Shown here piece by piece: positions 40,278-50,244 of a DNA stretch of 64,000 bases. Position 1 is the stretch's first letter; the number at the start of each line of letters is the position of its first letter. Position numbers and translations under genes: made by a program. The notes under the pieces were generated by a model. The model searched no databases, was not told the DNA's origin, and saw nothing but the letters and a program-made list of their open reading frames with translations. Origin of the DNA: an uncultured bacterium (GTDB lineage: Bacteria; Hydrogenedentota; Hydrogenedentia; Hydrogenedentales; Hydrogenedentaceae); the NCBI GenBank assembly GCA_937124615.1, contig CAKZKR010000043.1, positions 1,615-65,614 of the forward strand. The letters are read 5' to 3'.

Positions 40278-41555
40278 ATGCTAACTCAAACACATCTTTT
40301 AACCTATTCCTATATAAAAACACTACTCATGGTAGCGATGATTTTTTACATCGCCGGGAAACAAAGTTATGCGGATGAAAGTTTAAAAGGGCAAACAATA
40401 CCTATAAAGAATTCACGAGGGGACTATACGGTTACTTGTTTTTATTTCCCCAATTATCATGTTGACCCGCGAAATGAAAAAGCGCACGGCAAAAACTGGA
40501 CAGAATGGGAACTGGTAAAAAATGCCAAACCCAGATTCCCCGGACACAAACAACCGAAGGTTCCCCTCTGGGGATATGTAGACGAAGCAGACCCGAAAGT
40601 GATGGAGATGAAAATAGATACCGCCAGCAAATATGGTATTGATGTGTTCCTTTTTGATTGGTACTGGTACAACGACGGCCCCTTCTTACAGCGTTGTCTG
40701 GAAGAAGGCTACTTAAAAGCCTCCAACCGACACAAAGTCCGCTTTGCTATCATGTGGGCAATCCATGACTGGCTCAATATCCATCCATGCCCGATTGAAA
40801 AGGCTCCTAATGCAGACCTGCTTTACCCCGGTGCCGTCACTCCCGAAACATTCGAACAAATGACCGACCATATTGTGCAAAACTACTTTTCTGACCCTGC
40901 CTACTGGACCATCCATGGCAAACCTTTCTTCTCTATCTATGAAATCCATACCTTCGTAGACGGTATCGGCGGATTAGAAGTGGCCAAAAAAGCATTCGAT
41001 AATTTCCAAGAAAAGGCCTTACGAAAAGGATTCCCGGGCGTCCATATAAATGTAGTAAACATAGAAAATCGCATACCCAAATGTGTCTGGGGGAAAATGA
41101 CCCCTGCGGAACTCATTCGTTACCTGGGCATAGATAGCGTCACCTCATACGTATGGGCTTTAGACACACCCTTAGACAAATTTCCCGAAACGCCCTATGC
41201 AGAGGTAGCCAACCGTTTTGACCAAATCTGGAAAGAACGCTCACAACAATTTGGCGTCCCTTACTTCCCCAATGTCTCTATGGGCTGGGACTCCTCACCT
41301 CGAACCAAACAAGACGACCCATTCGAAAATAAAGGATATCCCTTTACTCCAATCCTCTCCGGCAACACACCAGAACAATTCCAATCCGCATTAGAAAAAT
41401 GCAGAAACTTCTTGGATAACAATCCGATATGCAACAAAATCTTTACCATCAACTCCTGGAACGAATGGACCGAAGGCAGTTACCTCGAACCCGACACCGA
41501 GCACGCCTACGCTTATCTCCAAGCCATCAAAACCACCTTCGGCAGAGAGGAGTAG
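40278..41555 (+). CDS. WbsX-like / GH99-like domain protein (polysaccharide biosynthesis-associated)
   Basis: The N-terminal block FYFPNYHVDPRNEKAHGKNWTEWELV....P.FPGHKQPKVP..GYVDEADPKVME....YGIDVFLFDWYW matches the Glyco_tran_WbsX signature as recalled from memory. Confidence 0.55.
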   Translation: MLTQTHLLTYSYIKTLLMVAMIFYIAGKQSYADESLKGQTIPIKNSRGDYTVTCFYFPNYHVDPRNEKAHGKNWTEWELVKNAKPRFPGHKQPKVPLWGYVDEADPKVMEMKIDTASKYGIDVFLFDWYWYNDGPFLQRCLEEGYLKASNRHKVRFAIMWAIHDWLNIHPCPIEKAPNADLLYPGAVTPETFEQMTDHIVQNYFSDPAYWTIHGKPFFSIYEIHTFVDGIGGLEVAKKAFDNFQEKALRKGFPGVHINVVNIENRIPKCVWGKMTPAELIRYLGIDSVTSYVWALDTPLDKFPETPYAEVANRFDQIWKERSQQFGVPYFPNVSMGWDSSPRTKQDDPFENKGYPFTPILSGNTPEQFQSALEKCRNFLDNNPICNKIFTINSWNEWTEGSYLEPDTEHAYAYLQAIKTTFGREE

Positions 41556-41578
41556 GATTTATTAATTAAAGGTTTTTT

Positions 41579-42244
41579 ATGAGAATTGATAAGGTTAAAC
41601 AATTAGAAGTGTGTGAGATTTTTTATAGTATACAGGGGGAGTCGACCTGGGCGGGGTGTCCGACGGTTTTTGTGCGTTTGTCGGGTTGTAATCTTGATTG
41701 TTCGTGGTGTGATACGAAGTATGCGTTTGAAAGAGGAACTATGTATTGTATAGAAGATATTTTAAAGATTGTTTCTCAATATAAGTGTAAAATAGCAGAA
41801 ATTACAGGGGGTGAGCCTTTACTTCAAGAACCTGTTCTGTTATTAATTAAAATTCTGATAGAAATGGGATATACAGTGCTTCTGGAAACGAATGGTGCGT
41901 GCTCTATTAAAAATGTCCCGCCGGGGGTAATAAAAATTATGGACATAAAATGTCCTTCCAGTGGGATGACTGATAGAATGCTGTGGGAAAATATAGATTA
42001 CTTAAATCCTTTTTTGGACGAAGTAAAGTTCGTTATTGCAGACCGAAATGATTATGAGTATGCAGTTGAAAAGGTTCATCAATATCAACTGGAAAAAAGG
42101 TGTAAAGCAGTATTATTTTCTCCTGTTAGTGGTCGTATATCATTAAAGGAACTTGCATACTGGATTTTGAATGATGGTTTGAGAATTAGAATGCAGGTGC
42201 AATTACATAAGATAATCTGGGATGAGAATATAAAAGGTTTTTAA
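41579..42244 (+). CDS. queE: 7-carboxy-7-deazaguanine synthase QueE (radical SAM)
   Basis: The motif CEIFYSIQGEST..GCPTVFVRLSGCNLDCSWCDTKYA carries the QueE CxxxCxxC cluster and a cofactor-binding N-terminus. Confidence 0.85.
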   Translation: MRIDKVKQLEVCEIFYSIQGESTWAGCPTVFVRLSGCNLDCSWCDTKYAFERGTMYCIEDILKIVSQYKCKIAEITGGEPLLQEPVLLLIKILIEMGYTVLLETNGACSIKNVPPGVIKIMDIKCPSSGMTDRMLWENIDYLNPFLDEVKFVIADRNDYEYAVEKVHQYQLEKRCKAVLFSPVSGRISLKELAYWILNDGLRIRMQVQLHKIIWDENIKGF

Positions 42245-42274
42245 TTTGTTCTAACAATAAGTCGGAGTAAAAAA

Positions 42275-45200
42275 ATGTTAAGGGAAAATATCATAAAAGC
42301 ATTATTAATTAATACCTTGTTCTGTTTGTATTTCAGCACAGCAACAGGTCAAGAAAATCCATCATCCTTACCTCCACCGTCTAAACTTCTTTGGGAAATA
42401 GGGACACCTGACAACAAATGCTTAGAGTTTGCATTGGCTCCTACGGACTACGCACAATACGAGGAAGATGCCTATTTTATGGTAGGGCATTCTAATCCCA
42501 AAGAAGATTGGTATTATATTCATCCCGGACCGAAGGATGAATGGGTTTTCTCAGTGCCTCATACTTTCACAGTTGTCTTTTTCTTGAAGTCCATAGATAC
42601 CACAGGGAACTCTCTGTTAAACCTACATCTGCTGGAATTTAATCAGAAATTTCCACCGGTTTTGAACGCATATATCAACGGAACAGGTTTCCCCGTTCGA
42701 TTACCCCCAGGGAAGGGAACAGATGCACTTTTAAATGTCTTTGATGGAACACTTTCTCCCTCAAAAAAGATTGAAATCCCTTTTTCTTCTTCACTCTTAC
42801 GGTTAGGGGAAAATGTAGTCCAATTTGCCATTTCAAGTGGTAGTTGGCTTATTTATGACTCAGTTCAGTTATTAACCCCGGAAGGCATACAATTGGCAGA
42901 GCCTCAAAAAACAGTATTGAGAATAGGGAAACCTCTGCCACTACCGTTGGTAACACAATTAGAAGAAAAGTTGCGTGAAGTTTATATCCCTGTTCGCTGC
43001 TATGGACAACCCTTCCAGGGACAGATTTCTGTATCGGATAATAAATCAAAGGAGATATCACTAAAAACCGGATGGAACTATTTATATTATGAAGTTAAAG
43101 AGGTAGAAAGGGATACTTTTGCCTCAATTGAGATAAAAAAAGAAGATAGAGTTATATCCACTCGGGATTTTGTAATTCCCCCTGCAAAACAGATGACAAT
43201 TTACCTCGTCCCGCATTCACATAATGACATTGGTTATACACACATTCAAACAGAGGTATTAGAAATACAGTACAAAAATATAGCCCGGGCTATAGATTTA
43301 ATTGAACAAACGAAAGATTACCCACCTGAAGCACAATTTTACTGGTCAGCAGAAGTCCTTTGGGCTATAAAAAGTTTTTGGGACAAGGCGGATTCTAAAA
43401 CTCGGGAGAGATTTAAAAAAGCTATAGTAGACGGTAAATTAGAACTGCCTGCCTTGTTTACGAACCAACTCACAGGCTTATGTAATGGAGAAGAATTGGT
43501 GCATCTTCTGGATGAAGCCCATCGTTTGACCAAAGAAACCGCGGCAACAATTGACACCGCACTAATTACTGATGTTCCCGGCTATACATGGGGGCTCATT
43601 CCTGTTTTAGCACAGGCAGGTGTGAAATATTTCTCCATCGGACCCAACTTATCTTGGCGAATTGGAAACATTCTTGAAGTCTGGGGAGACAAACCTTTCT
43701 ATTGGGCTTCTCCTTGTGGAAAACATAAAGTGCTGACATGGATCGGTTTGGCGGGCTATAGTTGGTTTATGAAGGGTTCCGACGCAATTGCTGAAGAAAC
43801 ACGAAATTATCTTATACAATTAGAAAAGCGGGGTTTTCCTTATGACATAAGCATAATACGGTATAGTATTATTGGTGATAACGGTCCACCAGATGAGAAA
43901 TTACCGGACTTTGTAAAGAATTGGAATGAAAAATATAAATCCCCTAAACTTTGTATAAGCACAGCCAGCAAATTCTTCAAGCATTTTGAAGAGAAATATA
44001 GTAACGATTTACCAACTTATTCGGGCGAAATTACTCCTTATTGGGAAGACGGTTCTGCCTCATCCGCACGAGAAACAGCATTAAATCGCCAAACAGTCCG
44101 AGAACTCATGCAATTAGAAACCCTATGGTCTATATGGTCCCCGGACACCTATCCCGAAGAAGAATTCCTGTCCGCTTGGGAAAATGCAATTCTCTACGAC
44201 GAACACACATGGGGGGCATATAATAGCACCACGGAGCCTGACATTCCCTTCGTCAAGGAACAATGGCAAATTAAACAGTCCTTTGCCTTAAACGCTGAAA
44301 AAACAAAAAATGAATTGTGGAATCGCTTTATTAACACTTTTCAGCCCGACTATAATTCGGTCTCCCAAATTATCGTATTGAACCCGACAAACGAAATACT
44401 AACTCAACCTGTGGTTATTCCCGCAGATTGGCCGAGAAAAGGAGACCGCGTATTAAAAGAAGGCAAACCAGTTCCATCTCAAGTCCTCAAATCCGGCAAT
44501 TTAATCTTCATTGCTAAAGAGATTCCCCCGTTAGGCTATGCAACATATACATTAGAAGAAGGCCATCCTGAAGAAATAAACAACCCTATAGCAGTTGAAA
44601 ATCATACTCTGCGAAATGAACATATTGAATTGGTCATTGCCCCTGAGACAGGAACAATAAAGTCTATCAAAAGACAATCCCAAGAATTTATCAAATCAGA
44701 CTCCAATTTCCGAACAAATGAATATCTTTACACAGAGGGCAGAAATCCCGAAAACACAAAACGAGCAGAAAATATGAAAGTGGAAGTCAAAGAAAATGGT
44801 CCCATTGTGGGCACATTACTCATTCACTCCACATCTGCTCCCGGGGCGAAAGAAGTTCGAAGTGAAATTTCTCTTTACAGCGGTTTAGAATTTGTAGAAA
44901 TAGTGAATTATATAGACAAAACAGAAATTCGCTCACCTGAAGCGGTCCATTATGCATTTGCGTTTGATATAGCCAATCCGAAGATTCGGTATCAAACCCC
45001 CTTTGCTATAGTCCATTTACCTGAACAACAATTACCCGGTTCATGTAAAAATTATATAACAGCCCAAAATTGGATAGACCTACACAATGAAGAAAAGGGT
45101 ATTACCCTTTTTACACCCGATACTCCTATGTTTGAAATAGGCAAAATTACGGTAGACCCCCTTGCGGTCGGTTGGAAAAAAGGCTTGATATTAGAACCGA

Positions 45201-45628
45201 TCATCCTATCCTATGTAATGAATAATTATTGGGAAACCAACTACAAAGCCTCGCAAGATGGACCTCATGTGTTTAAGTATTTTCTCCTTCCCTACATGAC
45301 ACAGAAAGGTAATAATCCGGAAATAGGAGATAAGCAGACAGTTAGCAAATTAATCGTACTTCCCTCTAATAAAACACCGAGAGCACCAAGTTTTCTTTTA
45401 GAAGTCACACCTAATTGGTGCCTTTATCATTTGAAATACAATTCGGCAAATAAGGAGTATATTATTCGATTATTTAATCCGACCTCGGAGTCCATCCAAG
45501 TAGCAATAAAATCCAAATTATCTTCTAAACCTGAAGTTATAACTTTAACATTACACTCTAAACCCAAATATGAACCATTTTCTGGAAACCTATCTCCCTT
45601 TGAAACTGTGACTTTAATTGTAAAATAA
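42275..45628 (+). CDS. Secreted glycoside hydrolase family 38 (alpha-mannosidase-like)
   Basis: It has a signal peptide. IYLVPHSHNDIGYTH is the GH38 N-terminal metal-binding motif. The product is 1117 aa. Confidence 0.75.
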   Translation: MLRENIIKALLINTLFCLYFSTATGQENPSSLPPPSKLLWEIGTPDNKCLEFALAPTDYAQYEEDAYFMVGHSNPKEDWYYIHPGPKDEWVFSVPHTFTVVFFLKSIDTTGNSLLNLHLLEFNQKFPPVLNAYINGTGFPVRLPPGKGTDALLNVFDGTLSPSKKIEIPFSSSLLRLGENVVQFAISSGSWLIYDSVQLLTPEGIQLAEPQKTVLRIGKPLPLPLVTQLEEKLREVYIPVRCYGQPFQGQISVSDNKSKEISLKTGWNYLYYEVKEVERDTFASIEIKKEDRVISTRDFVIPPAKQMTIYLVPHSHNDIGYTHIQTEVLEIQYKNIARAIDLIEQTKDYPPEAQFYWSAEVLWAIKSFWDKADSKTRERFKKAIVDGKLELPALFTNQLTGLCNGEELVHLLDEAHRLTKETAATIDTALITDVPGYTWGLIPVLAQAGVKYFSIGPNLSWRIGNILEVWGDKPFYWASPCGKHKVLTWIGLAGYSWFMKGSDAIAEETRNYLIQLEKRGFPYDISIIRYSIIGDNGPPDEKLPDFVKNWNEKYKSPKLCISTASKFFKHFEEKYSNDLPTYSGEITPYWEDGSASSARETALNRQTVRELMQLETLWSIWSPDTYPEEEFLSAWENAILYDEHTWGAYNSTTEPDIPFVKEQWQIKQSFALNAEKTKNELWNRFINTFQPDYNSVSQIIVLNPTNEILTQPVVIPADWPRKGDRVLKEGKPVPSQVLKSGNLIFIAKEIPPLGYATYTLEEGHPEEINNPIAVENHTLRNEHIELVIAPETGTIKSIKRQSQEFIKSDSNFRTNEYLYTEGRNPENTKRAENMKVEVKENGPIVGTLLIHSTSAPGAKEVRSEISLYSGLEFVEIVNYIDKTEIRSPEAVHYAFAFDIANPKIRYQTPFAIVHLPEQQLPGSCKNYITAQNWIDLHNEEKGITLFTPDTPMFEIGKITVDPLAVGWKKGLILEPIILSYVMNNYWETNYKASQDGPHVFKYFLLPYMTQKGNNPEIGDKQTVSKLIVLPSNKTPRAPSFLLEVTPNWCLYHLKYNSANKEYIIRLFNPTSESIQVAIKSKLSSKPEVITLTLHSKPKYEPFSGNLSPFETVTLIVK

Positions 45629-45636
45629 AACGAGTA

Positions 45637-46752
45637 TTAGGATTTATTCCTCCATTGTTCGTAATCCTGGCAGAGTTGTTGAAAACGGTCAAGGATGGGC
45701 AAACTTTGCGTGCATTCCTCCTCGCAATGCCTACATTGAGTACAGCGTTCTACAATTTTTCGAATATCTTCAGTCCACCAATGCCATTTTAAGTGTTCCA
45801 TGGCTTTTTCCGGTCCGAAAAGAAGTCTATAATTGTAAGTATCCATTAACCGAACAATAGGAATTTCAGCGGGACACTCTTCACAATAACCGCATTGGGT
45901 ACAGAAGTCATGTTGAACCTCTGCGATGTGTTTCTGTAACGATTCGATTTCTTCCATTTCCATCTCCTCGAATCGATTTACACTATCCACAGCGGTTTCA
46001 ACATCCTTCACATTGCGGAAACCAACCAGGGCTACGGTAATCTCGGGCAAGGATAGATTGAAACGAATTGCAGAATCTAAAATATTTTGATCTCCTTCTT
46101 TCCTCAGGAAAGAAAATCGGTCAGGATATTGTGTAATGATGCCCCCTCCAAGTGAGTTCATTGTCACAACTCCCATCCCTCGATTATGGGCCTCTATAGC
46201 ACCGGGATACCTCAAAGGAAAGTTCAAAGCATTGAGGCCAATCAACATCCCTTCAAACAATCCCTCCCCCTGGTCTAACATCTCAGCAATTTTTTTATGC
46301 TCCAAATGAGTAGATACACAAATATGTTTTATCAAACCTTCTTCCTTTAATCTTAGAAAACCCTCCAAAACCCCTTTTTTCTTTCGATTAGGCAAGTCTT
46401 CCGAATGCACCAAGCACCAAACATAATAAAAGTCCAGATAATCCAGTCCTAATCTATCTAAACTTCGCATACATGCCTCCCGAATCTCTTTCGGATTATC
46501 TGCCATAGTTTTAGAACAGACATAGAAACTGTCGCGAGGCTTGTTCATTTGTTTAAAGGCATACCCGTAGATTATTTCACTTTGGTCATCGCAATACGAA
46601 GGAGCCGTATCAAAGAAGTTAATCCCTAACTCATACGCACGAATAAGCACTTCCGCCATTTTTTCTGTCTTATGCGGTTCTTCAAACCGCATACCGCCCA
46701 TTCCTAAACGGGATACTTTTAAGCCTGTTTTGCCAAACTCTTTGTATAGCAT
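45637..46752 (-). CDS. Aldo/keto reductase fused to a 4Fe-4S ferredoxin domain
   Basis: The N-terminus is an AKR TIM barrel. The C-terminus carries two CxxCxxCxxxCP-like clusters (CTQCGYCEECP, CTQCRHCEEC). Confidence 0.8.
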   Translation of the reverse strand: MLYKEFGKTGLKVSRLGMGGMRFEEPHKTEKMAEVLIRAYELGINFFDTAPSYCDDQSEIIYGYAFKQMNKPRDSFYVCSKTMADNPKEIREACMRSLDRLGLDYLDFYYVWCLVHSEDLPNRKKKGVLEGFLRLKEEGLIKHICVSTHLEHKKIAEMLDQGEGLFEGMLIGLNALNFPLRYPGAIEAHNRGMGVVTMNSLGGGIITQYPDRFSFLRKEGDQNILDSAIRFNLSLPEITVALVGFRNVKDVETAVDSVNRFEEMEMEEIESLQKHIAEVQHDFCTQCGYCEECPAEIPIVRLMDTYNYRLLFGPEKAMEHLKWHWWTEDIRKIVERCTQCRHCEEECTQSLPILDRFQQLCQDYEQWRNKS

Positions 46753-46880
46753 AAAACCACTCCTATCGTTTTAGCAGATGTGTTTTTTCAAGTATGAAAT
46801 AGAGATTGGATTTGCTTTATTCTATTTATTATTGCAAAGATATAATTAGAGAATACAATCCATGCAAAGGGAATAGTGAT

Positions 46881-47789
46881 ATGCTCTATTTTGTGAACAC
46901 AATATTATGTTGTTTTGTCCTCAGTAGTCCAGAATGTTTTGCAAAAGAGAAAGTTCCTGATAAAATCGGTGAATGGACAAAAGAAAAAAAGGTGTTGGAA
47001 TTTGTCCCTGATAATTTATTTGATTATATAAACGGTGACGCAGACCGATATTTGCCTTATAATTTTCAAAAATTAACCGTGCTTTTTTATCAGGATAATA
47101 CAAACGCTGATAATACGGTAGAAGTACAGATATACCAAATGGCTACGCATTTAGACGCCTTCGGCATATATTCCGTCCACAGAGACCGCAATAAAGATAT
47201 TTTTCCCTATGGTAAGGATGGTTTTATCGGTGAAAATCAAGCCATGTTCTACCAAGCACAATATTTTGTAAAACTTATGACAAGGCAAAGCCAGAACGCG
47301 AAGGCCAACCTCGAACTTTTCGGTAAGACAATATCCAAATTACTTCCAAAATTAGAAGATACAATCCCTGAGTTAACATGTTTAGACCAACCCAACAAAA
47401 TTTCTCGTTCTGAATGTTATTTAGCCAAAGATGTGCTTGCTCAATCCTTTTTACCCCGAGGGACCACAGTCCTTTATAAGATAGACAACAACACAGCAAC
47501 AGGCTTTATTGTAATGTTTAGAAATAACACTGAAACAGAAAAAGGATGGGTAAAATACAAAGAGTATTTAGAGGAAGTTAGTGCTGAATTCCAAATACAG
47601 GGAGAAAACACCCTGATTATTACTTCGCCTTCTTCAGAAACGGCTATTTTATCTCTTGTAAAAAACCGTTTAGTAGGTGTCTGGTTTCCCGGTGGTGATA
47701 TTTCTCAAATTCAGAAACTGCAAGAAGACATCAAATCATGTCTTTCTCAAAAAATAATTCAACCCGATTCGGACAAAGTTGGGAAATAA
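46881..47789 (+). CDS. Hypothetical secreted protein
   Basis: An internal Met (MLYFVNTILCCFVLSSPECFA) begins a signal peptide. No motifs were recognised. Confidence 0.4.
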   Translation: MLYFVNTILCCFVLSSPECFAKEKVPDKIGEWTKEKKVLEFVPDNLFDYINGDADRYLPYNFQKLTVLFYQDNTNADNTVEVQIYQMATHLDAFGIYSVHRDRNKDIFPYGKDGFIGENQAMFYQAQYFVKLMTRQSQNAKANLELFGKTISKLLPKLEDTIPELTCLDQPNKISRSECYLAKDVLAQSFLPRGTTVLYKIDNNTATGFIVMFRNNTETEKGWVKYKEYLEEVSAEFQIQGENTLIITSPSSETAILSLVKNRLVGVWFPGGDISQIQKLQEDIKSCLSQKIIQPDSDKVGK

Positions 47790-50235
47790 TCGCCTTGTGA
47801 AAAAGATTCCTCTTAAACTATGTAAATATTCTTTTTTTTATATCATTATTCCTTTACTTATATTAGCATGCATAGAAGTTTTCCTGAGATATAAGGGATG
47901 GGGAGAAGACCTGTTTCCATGGAAAGAACACATTATCGGAGATAAAAAAATCTATACGAAAAATTTAGCATTTTATCAACAATTCTTTGAACATCCCGTG
48001 AACCCAGGAGAATATGAACCTTACATTACTATGATTCAATTACCCAAACCCGAAAATACTATTCGCATTTTTGTATTCGGTGAATCCGCCGCGTTAGGCT
48101 GGCCAGATGCAAAGTATTCCATGGGGAAATTTTTAGAAACAATGTTAAACATGTTATACCCCGAGCACCACTGGGAAGTGTATAGCACATGTTTCGCCGG
48201 AATTAACTCTCATATTATACGGTATCTGGTTAAGAAGAGCCTCTTTCTACAGCCAGACCTGGTAATATTCTATATGGGGAATAACGAGGCACATGGAACT
48301 TTTGGCTTGTATCATTCCTTTCGACATTCCGTGCCGTTGCCTCCTTGGATAACACAAACTCACATCCAATTACAGAATTTCTATCTGATTCAAAATCTTA
48401 GAAACATCTCACTATCTATGATAAACAAATTTTCCCCATTGAGAAGAAATAGACCTATAAGATATGATGACCCAAAAGTAGAAGCCGTTATAAATAACTT
48501 TGAAAAAAATCTTGAATCAATCATTCACACACTACAAAAAAAGCACATTCGTATTTTGATTAGCACGGTAGGAGCAAATCTTCGTGATTGGCCACCTATA
48601 GAATCCTTTTTCCGTGAAGATATCACAAAACCGGAGTATGAAAATTGGAGTAAAAATTTTACAGAAGGGTTAGACGCACTTATAGAAAATAACCTACCAA
48701 AGGCAAAAGAATCATTCCAAAAATCTCTTCAGATTGATTCTTCACCCGCAATTCTACATTTCATTTTTGGGTGGACATTATTAGTCGAAGGAAAGGAACA
48801 GCAAGCTAGAGAGTATTTTATAAATGCCTGCGATAAGGACGGTTTCAGTTTTGTCCGCTCAAAATCATTTATAAATCAAACCATCACTAAAATAGCCAAA
48901 GAAAATCCACATCAAAACAGGTCTATTAGATTAGCCTCTGCAGTAGAGGCATTAAATAAACATGCCCAAAAAAATATATCTGGAGACGACATGTTCATTG
49001 ACTCTTGCCATCCTAATTTTTATGGCACCTACATCATCTCATGCACTTTTCTTGATAATATTATCCAGCATTTTTCGTTAGAACCTTTACCCATCCCCTC
49101 ATATGAAGAAGTAAAAATAAGAATGGGAATTATAGAAAATAAAGAGCAAGAATGTTCTTTCCTTGCCCGGCGAGAATTACCTTTGTCTTTGCTTTACTTT
49201 GGGGATGAAAGTCAAATTATTGATTTTCATGAAGTATTAAATGCATTAAAACAAAAGAATAATCTTTCCCTTTCTCATGTCATTAACCAAACTTCGATTC
49301 ATAACAAAAAAAGCATTGAAACGATTTTCTTTCTATTCAGCAGAAATCCGGATCATACAAACTTCGCCATCATTTGTTTGGAGATATTAAATAATTTAGG
49401 TTGTTTCCAACAAAGCCTAGAGATAGCGAAGGATTTATGTGACCGATTTCCAACTAATTTTAATTACTATAATCTTTTATTTGATTTTGCCTACAAAGCC
49501 CATAATAAAGAATTTGCAAAATTAGCATTAGAAAAAATAAAAAACTTTTATATCCTTGAAAGTTCCTACAAATATAACTTACTCAAATGGCTAATCCAAC
49601 AAAACGAAAATGAAAATATCTTGGAAATTTGCAATGAATTGCTAACAAAACCTTTTACATCTCCCTTTCATAAACCCTTGCCAAAGTGTATTTTAATAAA
49701 CAATAAAAAAGAACTATCCTTCCAGAAAAAGTTGGAAGAATGGAATGAAATTCTAAAGAATAATATTTGGTCCTATGACAGTTATCAATTCGTTTATAAT
49801 CAGGCAGATACTCCTGAAAAAAAGAAACTATTCAAACATACCTTGTTAGATATTATTAAAAAAGAGCCCAAATCCTCTGTTCCCTATACATTTCTTTCCA
49901 TTATTTATGAGGATGAAAATAATTTAGACCAAAGCATCGAAATGATTCAAAAGTGTATTTCATATTCACCAGGTAATTTATATCACTACTACGAATTAAC
50001 TCGTATATTGACCCTCAAAGCAGAACAAATCTCCAAAAAAGGAAATCAGGAACAAGCAAATGATTTCTTGGAGAAAGCCGTTGAGTTATTCCCTTATTAC
50101 GGTCCTGCCTGGCTTCAACTCATAAACACCTGTTATCTCATGGGCGATGAAAAAGGTGCATTAGAAAAGACTTTTGAATGGCAAGAAATTCAAAACAAAG
50201 AGATTATGAAATATATCCGGGAAATTATTTTTTGA
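47779..50235 (+). CDS. Hypothetical membrane-anchored protein with an N-terminal SGNH/GDSL-like domain and C-terminal TPR-like helical repeats
   Basis: A transmembrane helix is followed by IRIFVFGESAALGW (block I-like) and FYMGNNEA (block III-like). A long helical-repeat region follows. The gene overlaps the upstream one by 11 nt. Confidence 0.45.
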   Translation: MGNNRLVKKIPLKLCKYSFFYIIIPLLILACIEVFLRYKGWGEDLFPWKEHIIGDKKIYTKNLAFYQQFFEHPVNPGEYEPYITMIQLPKPENTIRIFVFGESAALGWPDAKYSMGKFLETMLNMLYPEHHWEVYSTCFAGINSHIIRYLVKKSLFLQPDLVIFYMGNNEAHGTFGLYHSFRHSVPLPPWITQTHIQLQNFYLIQNLRNISLSMINKFSPLRRNRPIRYDDPKVEAVINNFEKNLESIIHTLQKKHIRILISTVGANLRDWPPIESFFREDITKPEYENWSKNFTEGLDALIENNLPKAKESFQKSLQIDSSPAILHFIFGWTLLVEGKEQQAREYFINACDKDGFSFVRSKSFINQTITKIAKENPHQNRSIRLASAVEALNKHAQKNISGDDMFIDSCHPNFYGTYIISCTFLDNIIQHFSLEPLPIPSYEEVKIRMGIIENKEQECSFLARRELPLSLLYFGDESQIIDFHEVLNALKQKNNLSLSHVINQTSIHNKKSIETIFFLFSRNPDHTNFAIICLEILNNLGCFQQSLEIAKDLCDRFPTNFNYYNLLFDFAYKAHNKEFAKLALEKIKNFYILESSYKYNLLKWLIQQNENENILEICNELLTKPFTSPFHKPLPKCILINNKKELSFQKKLEEWNEILKNNIWSYDSYQFVYNQADTPEKKKLFKHTLLDIIKKEPKSSVPYTFLSIIYEDENNLDQSIEMIQKCISYSPGNLYHYYELTRILTLKAEQISKKGNQEQANDFLEKAVELFPYYGPAWLQLINTCYLMGDEKGALEKTFEWQEIQNKEIMKYIREIIF

Positions 50236-50244
50236 AGGATAACG

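Noticed and set aside
41556-41578. Possible preQ1 riboswitch upstream of queE
   Set aside because: Only 23 nt separate queE from the upstream CDS. There is no room for the aptamer and no conserved preQ1-I/II motifs.
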